A DNA stretch of 64,000 bases from Selaginella moellendorffii (taxonomy: Eukaryota; Plantae; Lycopodiophyta), in NCBI RefSeq assembly GCF_000143415.4, contig NW_003314285.1:331102-395101 (forward strand), in the 5' to 3' direction. Both the position numbers and the translations under genes were made by a program. The notes under the pieces were generated by a model that did no database searches, was not told where the DNA came from, and was given only the letters and a program-made list of their open reading frames with translations. This document shows, in pieces, positions 43,801-56,484 of the stretch. How positions within the stretch are numbered: position 1 is the first letter of the stretch; every line of letters starts with the position of its first letter.

Positions 43801-44363
43801 AAAAGAGCCAGCGAGACAACGACTCTCCTGCGAAACTAGTAGAACAGCAGCTCTTCGAAAGTTGTAGACTTTACCTTGCTCTTGGTCTTCCTAGCTCTTC
43901 TTGGTTTCAGTGGGCTGGGAGTTCTTGGCCTCTCTTTGTCCCATAGCTTCTCTTTGCAATAATCTTGGTTAATTATTTTGCTCCTTGTCCCTTTTTGCTC
44001 TGTCATGCTCCTTGCTAAGTCGGATGTGAAGAGTGTATCTTGTGGCGTGGGCAGACAAGGTGTGATACAGCCTGAGATTTGGATCGAGAGACTCCCAGAT
44101 TATCCTTTTAGAAAAGATAGAGAAACAAGAGCGCACAAAGTGGCACACCAGATATGACGATCTAGAAGGCAATCCAGAGAATAATCCGTCATGAGCAACA
44201 ATGCTGAAAGCTTTGCCCCTCCTGTGATCGATTCTGCACGAGCTGGATTGATGGAAACCCGATCGCAGGCGAGCGCCATTGCACCCAAGAGAATTATTGG
44301 TCTGCCAACGTGGAAATACGTGGCGCGCAAACTAGCAACGTGGAAGCTTTGCTGGCGGCCAGA

Positions 44364-46051
44364 TCAACCTCCATGGAGAACACACACTTGATGCAAGAAC
44401 CGGACGAGAGAAGCTTCACTCCTTCGTTTAGTTCTGAGAATGGTAGCCTGTGAGTGATGTATCCGTCGAGATTGATTTCCTGGACGATCCACGAAAACTT
44501 AGAATTCTTCCAGCTTGATCAATCTAAACAAACCTTTGTGGAGCACATATCCACGAGCTTCTGCATGTCGGATTTGCCCCTGAATCCACCAAAGTATCCC
44601 GACTTGAGTTGCCGACCCGAGAGGAGAATCGCGGGTGGGAATGTCACCATCTCATCAGGCCTGGGAGCTCCAACCATGACCGTTGTTCCATACTAAACAA
44701 TCCCGGAGGTAAAAGTTAGCAAGCACACTGCTGGAAACTGAGCTTTTCACTCACGCTTGTGGTGCTAAGCAAAGCTTGTACCAACAGATGAGGCTTGCCG
44801 ACGCATTCAAAGCAGTAGTCGACTCCTCCATTCGTGAGCTCGAGAAGCACCTGAGAGAGAGTGACAGAAACATGGGTGATAAAGACGAGAGTTAGAACAC
44901 ACAACCTCATGAAGCGGCGCTTCGTGGTCCTGTGGATTTAGACACTCGGTCGCACCAAATGCTCTGGCTGCGCAGAAGAAAAGCTTAGCACTTAGGGGTA
45001 TTTGACGAGTAAAACACCAGCTGACCAGCTTCGAATTTTCGAGGTAACATATCGATCCCAATTATCCGAGTTGCACCGGCGATTCGAGCGCCCTCGACAG
45101 CCTGAAAAGCAAATGGTTTCTCTTCCAGAACTTTAGGAAAAGCTATAGAGTACGTACTGCTAGCCCGACGGTTCCCAGTCCAATTACAGCAACCGTGGAG
45201 CCGGCTTCGACGTTTGCTAAGTTTAATGCGGATCCCAAGCCTGGAAACAAAGAGCTTATCAGCAAAGGAATGCGCAAGCGAGGAACGTACCGGTGGGAAT
45301 TCCACAGCCCAGAAGACAAGCGCTCTCCAGTGGAACCGGATCAACTTTGACAACCGAGGTCTTGTCCAGCACCGTGAACTCCGTGAAGGTGGACGTGTTC
45401 ATGAAGTGGTGAATGGCACTGCCGTCAAGCGAAGAGAACCGTGCCGTGCCATCGAGAGGCATGAAAGACTTGAGCAAGTTCCCGAAGCTGACCTCGCAGT
45501 GGTTCGTGGTGGAGAGCTTGCAAAGCTTGCATTTCCCGCATTCCCCTTGGTAGACGCAAATGACATGGTCACCGGGAGCAAACTCCGTCACTCCTTCGCC
45601 AACGCTCTCCACAACTCTGGTTGGATTGAGAAGATCACAGAAAAAAAAAAACAAGAGTAAGAAACACACTCCTCAGATCAAGACAAAAGGGGGAAATGGA
45701 AAAAGAAAAATTCACTCTTTACCCAGACCCCTCGTGTCCAAGGATCACCGGATACTTGAGCGTGCCCTGCGAAACAAAAGGATTAGCACGGAGCAAAGAG
45801 ATCGGAAGAGTTTCAGCACAAACTTACCCAGTCTGCGCTGGTAATGTCCATGTGACACAGCGACGAGTAAAGGACTTGCATGCGAATCTCTCCAGATTTT
45901 GGCGGGTCCACATTGATCGTCTCGAGCTCAATCTCCGATCCAGCGCTGTGAAGAACAGCAGCTGGAGAGAAGGAAGAAGATCACCCAAAGCGAAGTCAAT
46001 AGCGACAATGGTACCTCTGCATTGAATCGTTCTCCCCACCGTAGACGCCAT
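44364..46051 (-). CDS. Zn-dependent alcohol dehydrogenase-like protein (plant ADH family, ~10 exons)
   Basis: MASTVGRTIQCR|AAVLH...LCHMD|...YPVILGHEGSG|VVESVGEGV...ECGKCKLC...NHC...LLGCGIPTG|...VIGLGTVGLA|...GGVDYCFECVG...|...CIKCVLHGG*. Exon pattern typical of plant ADH genes. Confidence 0.92.
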
Positions 46052-46246
46052 TGGGGTTGGAACGGGCGGCGGCCGCTACTTATGCGAGAATATACTCCAG
46101 AATATACGAGACTATACTCCAGAATATGCGCCTCGCGAGAGAAACCCCATCGCGCTAGCGACGAACCATCTCAAACGAAAACGCGTTTCAGGGTTCTTGA
46201 GTGGTATGTACAAAGGTTTTGGTGCGTCGCCACTAGGCTAGTATCG

Positions 46247-47571
46247 CTACTTCCAGCGATAGACAACGACGAAGCACGGGAGCACGGCCCTGGAGCTCGT
46301 CACGTACAGGTCGTCCACATTCGAGAACGGCCCCATCTCTCCGGCGATGGAGTCGAACCCACTCGGGACCACCGCGTCGCCGCCAAATCCCTTGTGCATC
46401 CTCCCCGCGATCACTCGGCACACGAGCATCGCGTGGAGATCATCCTCGTCTGATAGATCCAATCGCTCCTTTGTTTGGAGCGAATCGTGAGCTCTGCCGC
46501 TGGTGGCGGTGGTGTGGATCATCGATCCTCCACCGCCGCTCCCCCGGAAGCCCGACTTGATGATCCGGCACGCGCTGCAAGCCGGGGAGGCGCAGATCGA
46601 CGAGGATCCGTGCGCGCCCAGGCTGCATTCCAATGTGGCGGCGTGGAATCGCAGGAGCTCGTTCCCATCCGCGATGCACCGTGCGTGTTTCTTGGGCAGC
46701 GAGCTCGCGCGGGATTTGACAGCGTCGCGGTACTCCTCGAATCGCGAGATGGTGCGATGGGTGTTGTTCACCTTGAGGACGCGCTCGATCTTGGGCGATG
46801 CTTCCGGAATTCCTTCGTCCCTCTTCTTGAGCCAGCTCGTCCGGAAGATGATCTCCACGATGTTCTTGGACGAGTCCCCGCGGCCTAGCTCCGTCACTGC
46901 GGCCATGGCGAGGATCGAGAAACCCGTGAGCATAGAAACTTTGCTACGTATGACATACGTATCTAATACGTACCGGCGTGCTTGGTGGCGTGGTGTTGCT
47001 CGAGCGCCTCAAACTTGGCGAAGCTCTCGCCGCATCTCTGGCAGGAGGGGTAGGGGTAGCGGCACAGCGACGAGCGCGACGATGGATCTCGCGAGATGAT
47101 CGCGCCAAACGCCTCGTCCGCCACGTTGCAACCGTGGCACCCGCCTCCAAATCTCCGGGAGGAGCTCATCGTGTTCTTTGGAAGCGCTGGACTTGGGTGT
47201 TTGAGATTTGGTGGGCGCGATCCCTCGGTAGACTGTGAATGCCGCAGCCGGGCATTTGCCGCAGAGACGAGCTCCGAGGAGGGCGGGTTCCAAAAGAGCG
47301 ATTTGGCGTCGAGGAGGGGATCGTTCTTGGCGTTGGTGTGGGAGGAGATCGCCGCGGGGCTGCAGGAGGCGGATTTGTGGACGACCTTGGTGTTGCCGTG
47401 GATCACGTCCTTGAGATTGGAAAGAGATCTGGAGCAAGTGCTGCGGAAGGGCTTGATCTTGGAGGTGGAGGACGATGAGACCGCCGAGATCGAGATTGGG
47501 CTGTGAACTTGCTCGTCCCTGTTGCTCTTGCACGACAGAGATTTGGTCCAGCTCTTCCAAGGGGCTGGCAT
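46247..47571 (-). CDS. Plant C2H2 zinc-finger protein with C-terminal PARP-like (ADP-ribosyltransferase-fold) domain; exons 47571-46974 and 46896-46247
   Basis: CQRCGESFAKFEALEQHHATKHA|VTELGRGDSSKNIVEIIFRTSW...RCIADGNELLRFH...AMLVCRVIAGR...RAVLPCFVVVY. In-phase GT-AG intron. Confidence 0.9.
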
Positions 47572-48439
47572 TGTTCTGTGCTGCTTTGCCCTTTGAGAAA
47601 GAAGTATCTATCCTTCGATCTAGAGGGAAATGCGAAGAACCAGGAAGCCCATCTTAGAATAGATCAAGGAATTGTCGCCTTTCGAGGGATGAGAGAACAA
47701 AACCCAACCAAGAACACCGAGCTTTGTGTCTGGAGCTCTTTGCTTCTACGTTGGACCAAACAAAAAGAACAACTCCATAAAGGCGAGCACCCTGATTTCT
47801 CTTTTGTTTTTCTGGGAACGAAGAAAGCTACGCTCACCTCGCTCTCTCTCGCTCGCGCTTTTGCTACATTTACTCTCGAGCTACCAAAGCATGGATGGAA
47901 TCAATGATATGAATGTGAATGAAAAGACTCCAGGAAGGCGAGCGAGCGAGCGAATGGCCGAGTGAATGAAGAACGATTCGAATTAAAGGCAAGTGGAATG
48001 AATGAATGAGATGACTAAAACACTGCTACCTTCTTGCGCTCGTTGTCTTCGTGATCTTGGATAATTCCCCTGCTCCAGACCAAAGTTTCTTCGATTAAAA
48101 CATTGGATTCGAGGATATGGAATGGAGGATGAGACACCACTATGAACTTAATAGGAAGAACAGGGATCACAGATATTTGCTATCTCCCAACTTATAACGC
48201 GACGACGAAACAGCGCTGTGCAAAGCTGCTACTCCTGGCTTATTGCTTGGAGGACTCATATTCTGTGGCATATACCTCAACACCCAACACATGGAGGCAA
48301 GACGACTTATTAGCATCTTAAGATAATCCGTGTACCCTGTAGTGAATATCAGCCCAGAGAATATTTTCCGCAATGGTACACAAGTTGGCACAAAAGTTTG
48401 TTAGTAAGGACGCTTGAATTAGTGTGGTTTAAACAATAA

Positions 48440-48512
48440 GAGGAAATGGTCTAGTGATATGATTCTTGCTTCGAATAGCAAGAGGTCCCGAGTTCGCTTC
48501 TCGGAATGCCCC
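48440..48512 (+). tRNA. tRNA-Pro pseudogene
   Basis: TGGTCTAGTGATATGATTCTTGCTTCGAATAGCAAGAGGTCCCGAGTTCGCTTCTCGGAATGCCCC follows the plant tRNA-Pro body. The 5' acceptor strand is lost and the anticodon loop is altered. Confidence 0.8.
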
Positions 48513-50389
48513 ACAAGGGCATCTGCTGTCTTTCGCCTTTACGAACACGCTCTTTTCATAAATGCCGTATCCCAAGCACACAAGGCATGGCTGACATTTT
48601 TGTGCCTGTTAGCGTGTAAGTCATTTGTGTATGGAATCTTGCATGTAAATGCCGTATTTATACTGTAGTGGAAGGGAATAGAAGCAAACACGGTCACGCA
48701 TAAAACACTTTCTCCTCATGGACTCGGTTTATAAATATTCCAAGAAAGATTGTTAGCATTGGCACTCACATCGCTTTCACTAATCACTCTGGAGTCTGGA
48801 CCGCAACTGCTTCTAAGTCAGCAAATTAATATAAAGTAATCTAGTAAATTAATGGTGAGAGTCAACTTAGCTTAGGCAAGGTGACAATGAAAGGCAAGGT
48901 AGAGGGCTCACCATCCCCTTTGTTAAGTGTTGGAGCGAGTTTCATATGAGAAATGCTTTCGTTATAGCACAGAAATCTTTAGCTTTTGTTGATCATTCTA
49001 GAGCAACCGAAGTTTGCAAGCAGCCGCTTGTAACTCAAAGCTACGATAAAATAAAATGATCTAGTAAACAAATGGTGAACTTAGCTTGGGTTGACCTTTA
49101 TGCTCCCACTTTGTCTTTCTAGGTATATCTGATGATATGTGTGAAGTTGATGTGTGGTTTCATTCTAACGGATCTCAGAAATTCAAACTTATGGATGGAA
49201 GAGATATCACTAACATTGAGATGGAGTGATATGAAAAAAATCACTAACACAGGGAAGCAATGTTATTTGGTGAATACTATTGCTAAAATAGCTTTTTCAA
49301 AACAGGTAGGAGATTCCCCGCAGAGAGGCAATATTCCATCTCTGGAATACTCTATCTCCATGTATAAATGCCATTGGGGCAAATATCAAGGTTCCACTCC
49401 TTTCTCCCCTTTGAGAGCTTGAGCGTGAGCTAAAGCGATGTGAGTGGTTCCTAGAGCATGAAGGTTGGGGTGATACCCTCAACAAGTGGTGAACCCGACA
49501 TGTGACTATAATCTAGTGTTTTTCTTCTTCTTCATCTCTGGGGTCAGAGGGGTATATCTGGTATATACCCTCTATATCGAGTTCAATTTGAGCGTCATGT
49601 GAGTGGAATTGAAGTTCTTCGTTGAATTAAGGACTTGGCTATGGTGGCAATCTTCTTTCCATGAGTTCTCTTGATCTACAGCACCTGCTGTTTGTTTCTA
49701 GTGATAGGTTGAAGTGCAGCATGGCCCAAGATTCATTTAGACTGGGTGAGGCAATTCATGGTCAACACCCTGTTTTTCCGTGAAAAGAAGTCCAGCAATT
49801 TATGCAGCCAATGGTGGAGTTTGCAGTTAGATCTGGTCGTGGTGCACAAGAGAATAGGCCTCCCAATACCATAGAATATTCTTGGAATATTTCTGTGGTT
49901 TGTATAGCTTTGAGAAGATGAGGAGAGTAGCTTTCTTGCATGACAATATAGTTATAGAAATAAAAGAATGAGAATGCAACTTAAATCATATCAATATAGC
50001 TATAAAACTTAATTTTCCCATCCTTCAACCATATCATCCTTATTTTCCCATTATAGCCTCATCTATGTATGATTTCTAATTTTTTTTGTAATGTGTCTTC
50101 ACTAACCTTTAAGCAAACATATTGGCTAGACTAACATTCTTAACATCAATCTCTAAGATTTGGATGATTAATTTATCTATGATATTATAAGAGTGTAAAC
50201 ATGTTTACACTTGTTCATATGAAACATTAAATAAATTTTCAAACTAGTTAGCAAGTCCAAAGTGTAAGCATGATGATGATTATCTAATAACAATGATGTT
50301 CATTAGCTAATTTTTTGTCTCTGCCGCGAATATGAATGCATATATCAAAAGCTATCTGTTGGCTAGTTGTTTTAGATATTTTTTCCTTA

Positions 50390-50643
50390 CTACCATGATG
50401 GGAAGAGGTCGGTATTATTGGACCTTTTATCAATCTTTTTTAGCATACTCGACTTGGCTCTTAGTTCTCTTTTGCTCTGTCTTGCACTAGTTTGACAAGA
50501 ACCCTCGTGTATTAAGATTAGTCCCTTAATATTGTTAGATGATAGCTTATTATGTTTATTAAGCACCCTCATCTTGTGTTAGTACCATTTGGTTTTAATT
50601 GCTATTTATGGAAATTGTCTAGATTTGCTAATTTGGCATATTT
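50390..50643 (+). mobile_element. Family A LTR relic, left part; continues at 63017-63287
   Basis: Reverse-complement homology to the 4430-4770 region of the solo LTR. The homology resumes exactly after the Sola-like element. Confidence 0.85.
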
Positions 50644-51085
50644 AAGCTTTATTTCGTTAAAGTGGGAATTGTCATTATCCCACTTGTAAAATAAGGTTTC
50701 CAAACCTTTATATAGTATATAAATATAACAAAATTCAACTGCATTGAGGCACATGCCATTTTATTTTAAACAGGGAAATGTCTACTCAATCACTTCTCCT
50801 CCCCCTGCCACTGCTTCACCTTTCTCTTCTCTTTGTCATCGTTGTCCAATTTCTTTCCATCCTTTTAATATTGGCTCAGTTGCTCCGAGTCTAGGTGGAG
50901 CCCAAGTCCCCATTCAATCTTTACTTTCCCCTTATTAATAAAACAACTTCGTAGACTTCCAATAACATGCTGTAACACTTCTAGTATAATGCAAATCCTC
51001 TCAAAGAATTGTCTTTTAATATTAATACAATGGCATGGAACCCCATGCCATAATAAGTTACATTTTTAAATAAATACATGCCATC

Positions 51086-51948
51086 TCAGACTGTTATTTT
51101 TTGCCTCCAACACTTATACAATAGTCTTGGAATTTCATCACTCTCCACACTATCAGGATTTAAACCCAATAGTAATGCCATCTCTTCTCTAATACGTCCA
51201 TGCTCATGTTCAGTGGTCGAAGAACCCATCCGGTTGAGCAGATTATAAAGATGCGGATAGTGCTTGGCTAGACAATATACATGCCATAAATGATGATTGG
51301 TGTTTGTCCGATCAAATGGCTTCTGATATACCGTTCCATCTGCCATTTGGTTGATTTCTGCAGCCACCTCCTAGACTGGCCAGTTCTCTATCACCATCGC
51401 TCCAAGCCGTTTTGCAAGGTCCCCCAAAATATACGGTTTCTTCTCCCTAGTTTCCATACTGCAAGAGATGGGGTGCACTGCATATGTGTGCATGTTTGCT
51501 GCAGTTTTAATCGGCGAGTCATCGATGATGAGGATTTCACTTGACCTAGCAGTCTGGTTCATCACTACAGCCTCTGGCTTGATGAAGATGGGCTTGCTAC
51601 CCCTCACATGGACCATAGTCAAGCAATCCTCCTGCGTTAGGAGAAAGTCAAATGGTAATATTACTCGCGTCTGATCATGCATCATCTGTAGCAACGTTAA
51701 TGCATTGTGGCACATCATGGATGTCCAAACTCCCAATTGCAAATTGAACCCGGCCCTCTGTTTTAAGTGTCGCATGGTCATTATTAGATCCCGTAGTTTC
51801 TCCCGTGTGATTAATGTGAATCTGTCTCTTTTGACCAATTTGCGACCGCAGGCTTTGGAGGGTGCAGTGACATTCAAGGACGAGCCACGCTCATGGGAGA
51901 AAAGGACACCGTTCAGATCAAAAACGATACAGTACCTTCGCCGTGACT
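51086..51948 (-). pseudogene. FCP1/SCP (NIF)-like HAD phosphatase-fold exon, probably the last exon of the cargo gene
   Basis: IVFDLNGVLF, LGVWTSMMCHNA, KPIFIKP, ILIIDDSPIKTAANMHTYAVHP. The frame continues past one TAG at 51371. Confidence 0.8.
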
Positions 51949-51995
51949 CTGAAATGAAATGCGTCAGCATAAAAAATGGTACAAGTCAATTTTAC

Positions 51996-54900
51996 CATCT
52001 ACAATATTAGCGAATGGTGCTCCCGATGGTCGTTGAGAGGGTTTTGGTCAAGGAAACGTGAAGGGCGGAAATACTCTCCTCTGCAATGTGGGGTCAATCG
52101 CATCCGATGGCGTGTGGGCACATGCCATTTCAGCTGTAGACTCTGGTACAACTGGCTCAACAGTGGCATGGGGTGGTTCCGATGGCGTGTGATCACACGC
52201 CATTTCAGCTGGTGCCTCCGTTGGCAAAGTGGACATGACCGAACAGGCAGCAGGGGCGGTGTAGGGAGGTTCCAACGGCGCGTAGTCAGACGATTGGGCA
52301 CATGTTGAGTCCGTTGGAAATGAGGATACGAACGGCTCAGCGGCTGGGGCGGCCTCATGCAGGTCCAATGGCGCCTGGTCACCGTCAGTTGGGTACGTGG
52401 ACAAGATTGACTCAGTGGTATGGGCAGCATCAAGTGGAGCGTGGTCAGCTTGCTTGGCGTTGATATGGATAGTAGCCTCCACCAGCTCTGATGACTCTTG
52501 CAGGCAAGTAGAGTCCACTGGCGGATCCATATGCATGTCCAAATATCTCCCTTCGATTGAGATGGTATCCTCCCGTGCTACTAAAAACAAACTCATTAGC
52601 ACATTGAATCAACTATACTGTATTTACCATCAACTGCTATTGAGGAACTAGGACCGATATCACTTGGGCGCACTGCTGATTCTGAAGGATTGGACATACG
52701 TTTCGACCCTTGCTTGGCACTATCCTTCCTCGACACTAAAGGCTAGAGTTTGTAAATTCAACTGAATAATCTCTACTTACCATTTGCTCTGCGACCTACA
52801 TGGACAATGTTAGAAATGGTAAAAGGTTAGGAATGGATGTACTATTATTTACCTGATGGTTTGTCTTGTATGACCTTCCTCCGCTGCTCTTTGGCCACCT
52901 CAGGCTGGCCATCGTCGTCATCATCGTCGTCGTCGTTATTGTGATCGTCACCATTGTGAGGACCATCCAAGTCCTCTTTGTCCTCCTCTTCTTCGTCCTC
53001 CTCTTCTTTGTCCTTCTCTTCGTCCTTCTGCTCTTCCTGCTCATTATCTTTCTCTAGCTCCTCATCCCCCTCCTGCATTTCTTCCATAGGCTGCTCAGGC
53101 TGGATGGCTTGTTCTTCCAGGACCATCTTGGGAAAATCATCTGGCCGAGTCTCCATCTCAAAATACAAGACATCCATAGCCTGTTTTAGTGCGTGACCTA
53201 GGACTGTATCCTCACCCGACTGTCTTAACATGGTTTCTGCACGTTCTTGCACCCTTCGAAGACGACGAGATGAGAAAAATGTGGCCCTGACTTGAAAAGC
53301 ATCCCTCATCCATTGTACCTCTCCATTGAGATTGGGGAAGGGGAGTCCGCCATAGGAATCTAAGTCAGGAGGTGGTGACTGCCTGCTTTCACTCAGCCCT
53401 TGATCTGCAATGAATGGCATGAGCACACATGCCATAACTGCGAGGCATTACCTATCATCTTTTCGTTGCCCTTCTTCCTTTTCGAATCAAACGCCTCTAA
53501 TCCCGACGACTGTCCAATGTGCTTTCGCTTTTTATAACCACTGTTAGTTTGAGCTTGGCTGGTGCTTGCCTGTTTTGCCTTTGAAGAAGTGTCTCCTGCA
53601 AGGAATGGCATGAGACCACACGCCATTGCAAATATAATTTGTACCTCCTTTTTTCCTATTGCTTGTCTGTTTGTCCTTCTTCGACGCGCCACCAGTGCGC
53701 TTTTCAGTCCTCGTGTCTGAATATTCACAATGATCTATAATCAAAATGGCGTGAGGCCTCACGTGACCTTACCTTGTGCAGGTTGTGAGCTCGGCCCAAC
53801 ATGGGTATCTTCAACAGTAGCTGTTAACGCCGTTTCAGCATTTGGGGGTGGCCACGCTCTTGCATACAGAGCTTGTGAGATAACATTTAAACTTAAAGTG
53901 CGTACTCACCAGATTCGCAAAGAAGATACTATTTTTCTTTGGCAACTGTAATTATATGCTCCATTGAAGTCACCTCTTCAATGGAGTTTGTCACCGCAAC
54001 ACACGGGACACCCTTGAGTAGTGCGGTTCGAAAGAATAGTCCGCCGCAGTTGTACTCGACAACGCATTTGCCCTTGGAGTCGGAAGCAGGTGACCCACCC
54101 GCTATTGCGTTGAAGACCCAGCTGAGCATTTCCCATGCTGCACCTGGAGCTTTCTTTGGATTTGAAAGCTCCATAGCCGTCTTCAGTTCCTCAGGCACAG
54201 GTAAATTGACCTCCCTCAGATCAATTCGATCAGCCTTGTCGAACGAAGCTGGGAAGTCACTCCAGTCCCACTCTACTGCAGGACCAGTAACAAGGGCGAG
54301 CGTGAAGATGCGGACATTCGTCGGTATCTTCTTCTTAGCCATTATCCCATGGATCTCCCGCATCTCCTTGCCTTTCAACCGAGCCTTCACCTCATTCAAG
54401 GCCTTCCAGAACTTGTGATAGGATTCGGAGTCGTAGATCATATAGTGGACTGAAGATTCCACCTCCGCAAGTCCCACCATTAAGTCAATGATGGAGCTGA
54501 CTTCGTCTGCATGAGTGATCTCCTCGTTTATGAAGTCCATCACACAAAAGATGTTCTTGACCTGCTCATCTCTGCAGGAAATGATGCTCCTCCACCTTTG
54601 ATCCTCATCCGAATTCAAGTATACCCGGTAAGGTTCTCGATAGGCCTCTACTGCGGGGTCGAGCTGTTTCTGAAGCCGGCGGTCGACATCACTCTTAATG
54701 AAATTTGGATATTGATCCAACTTCTCAGCTTTACTTTTCGTGGCATCCCGCAGCAGATCAATGAATTTGGGGGCCCCCTTCACGTACTCGTCGATGTCTT
54801 CATTTGACAAATCCAGCGCTTCCATCATCTCTTGCGTGGTGTCGATGCTCACCCTCTCCACGGCCACTTGCTCGAAGATCCAATCCTTCAATAGCGCACG

Positions 54901-56484
54901 AGCTCTCAGAGTCGTGCACAAGTCCTCGTATGTCACAATATGGCCGGGAGTCATTTTGGTCTTGTTGAAGACTACCTCACCACGTAGAAGAGCATTAGCC
55001 ACTGTCAGAAGGTCGTCGTCGTCTAGAGACCACAAGAAACGCAAGGCATTGAGCTTCAAATCATTGGGCTTCCGGCCGTCCTCCACACCCATTGAGTTTA
55101 GTAACTCCCCGTCATGGTATCTCCTCAGCACATCTACCCATTTGTCAAAAACAACTTTTGTTGCGAGTAGAATGTTATGGATGCTGAGTGTGTCATTGAC
55201 CCCCAGTGTTTTCGAGAGAAGACTTGAGAATTCCTGCAATGGAAATGGCGTGAGGCCACATGCTATGCCACATGCAACGAGGCTTACCTGCCAGGCGCTA
55301 GTTGCTAGTGCACGTCTTTGTCCTGGATTTTGTGGCTTCTTCAGTTGAACCCAGAGCTTCCGTGTTCTTGCCAATGTCTCGTGCAGACCCGATTTATAGC
55401 ACGTTTCTTGCTTGACATTCTGCGCGTGGGAGATGTATATGATAGATCGGAGGGGCGAGTTGCCTTTTATCAGGTGGACAACTCTTGTCTTGAAGACTTT
55501 CTTCACCTCCTCGCCCACCATAATATCCACAACTATCTCTTGCATCGCCAAGCTAGAATGCTACCCGGAGACGGCATAGAACCGGATGTTCTGATCGTCC
55601 AACACCTTCCTATTGATCAAGTCTGGAAACCTCGTCTTGCCCTTCATTGTTCGGTAGTAGAGGATCACGTCTGCGATGTCGGGTGTTACTGGACTTGCCA
55701 GCATCTTCTGCTTCAGTTTCTCCACCCACTCATCAGATACTAGCCTGTGGTTGTATTTGCTTTGGATGTCGATACGGCTCACGTCGATTGTATATACTTT
55801 GTTGGAATAGTAACAAGTACTATTATCTGCGACGATTTTTGCTGCCTCTTCTTGCTCTTTCTGCTCTTTGCGGCTCTTCTTTTTGGTGGGTGTAGTGTTC
55901 GAACCCGAGGCAATGGCATCACCGAGTAACTTCTTTTTTGGAGGAGAGTCGGACGTCGGCTTGAGCTTGACCACCCTTTTTTGCTTCGGGGTAGTTTCCA
56001 GATCGACCCCCTTCCCCTTCGCTTCGCGAACTGGAGGCACTCTCAATGGCTCAATGTTGGAATATAGTTTTTGAACATCGCCGTAGGTGAGGTCCGTGGA
56101 TTCCATGTGATCCTCATAGACCCGTAGCATCTTTGAAATTGTGGGCCTCCTGGACAACCTCTCCCTAGCTCCCTCTAGGAATTCCTCATAGCCGCTGCCC
56201 CCCTCCGGGATGCCGCTAGGATGTGCAAGGTGGATCTTGAAGGCAGACGCTGTCTCTACCACAAGTGCCAGTCTATATTCTTGCATGGAACTGCATGGAG
56301 TGTCTGTCACTTGGATAAGGATCCCCATGCATTCTTTTCTCCCACCATCTGTGTTGTACAGCCTTAGATCCTCGCCTTCCATCCCGAAAGTCCAACTGGT
56401 GAGCTCCTCCCCCTTCTCTGCATCCACATTGACAGTGGCTGGAAGAAGAACGCAATTCCTCGCCTGTTCAGAAATGCACAACAA
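51996..56484 (-). pseudogene. Multi-exon cargo gene: ParB-like domain, degenerate methyltransferase-like fold, acidic/low-complexity region
   Basis: HRLVSDEWVEKLKQKM...FYAVSG*HS (TAG likely from CAG, giving GQHS); WEMLSWVFNAIAGG...KCVVEYNCGGLFFRTALLKGVPCVAV. Phase-compatible introns include 55287-55234, 53772-53717, 53644-53596, 53451-53405, 52627-52581 and 51995-51949. Confidence 0.7.

Noticed and set aside
48440-48512. Functional tRNA with a CGA anticodon
   Set aside because: The acceptor stem cannot pair and the anticodon loop is distorted. It is a decayed tRNA-Pro.
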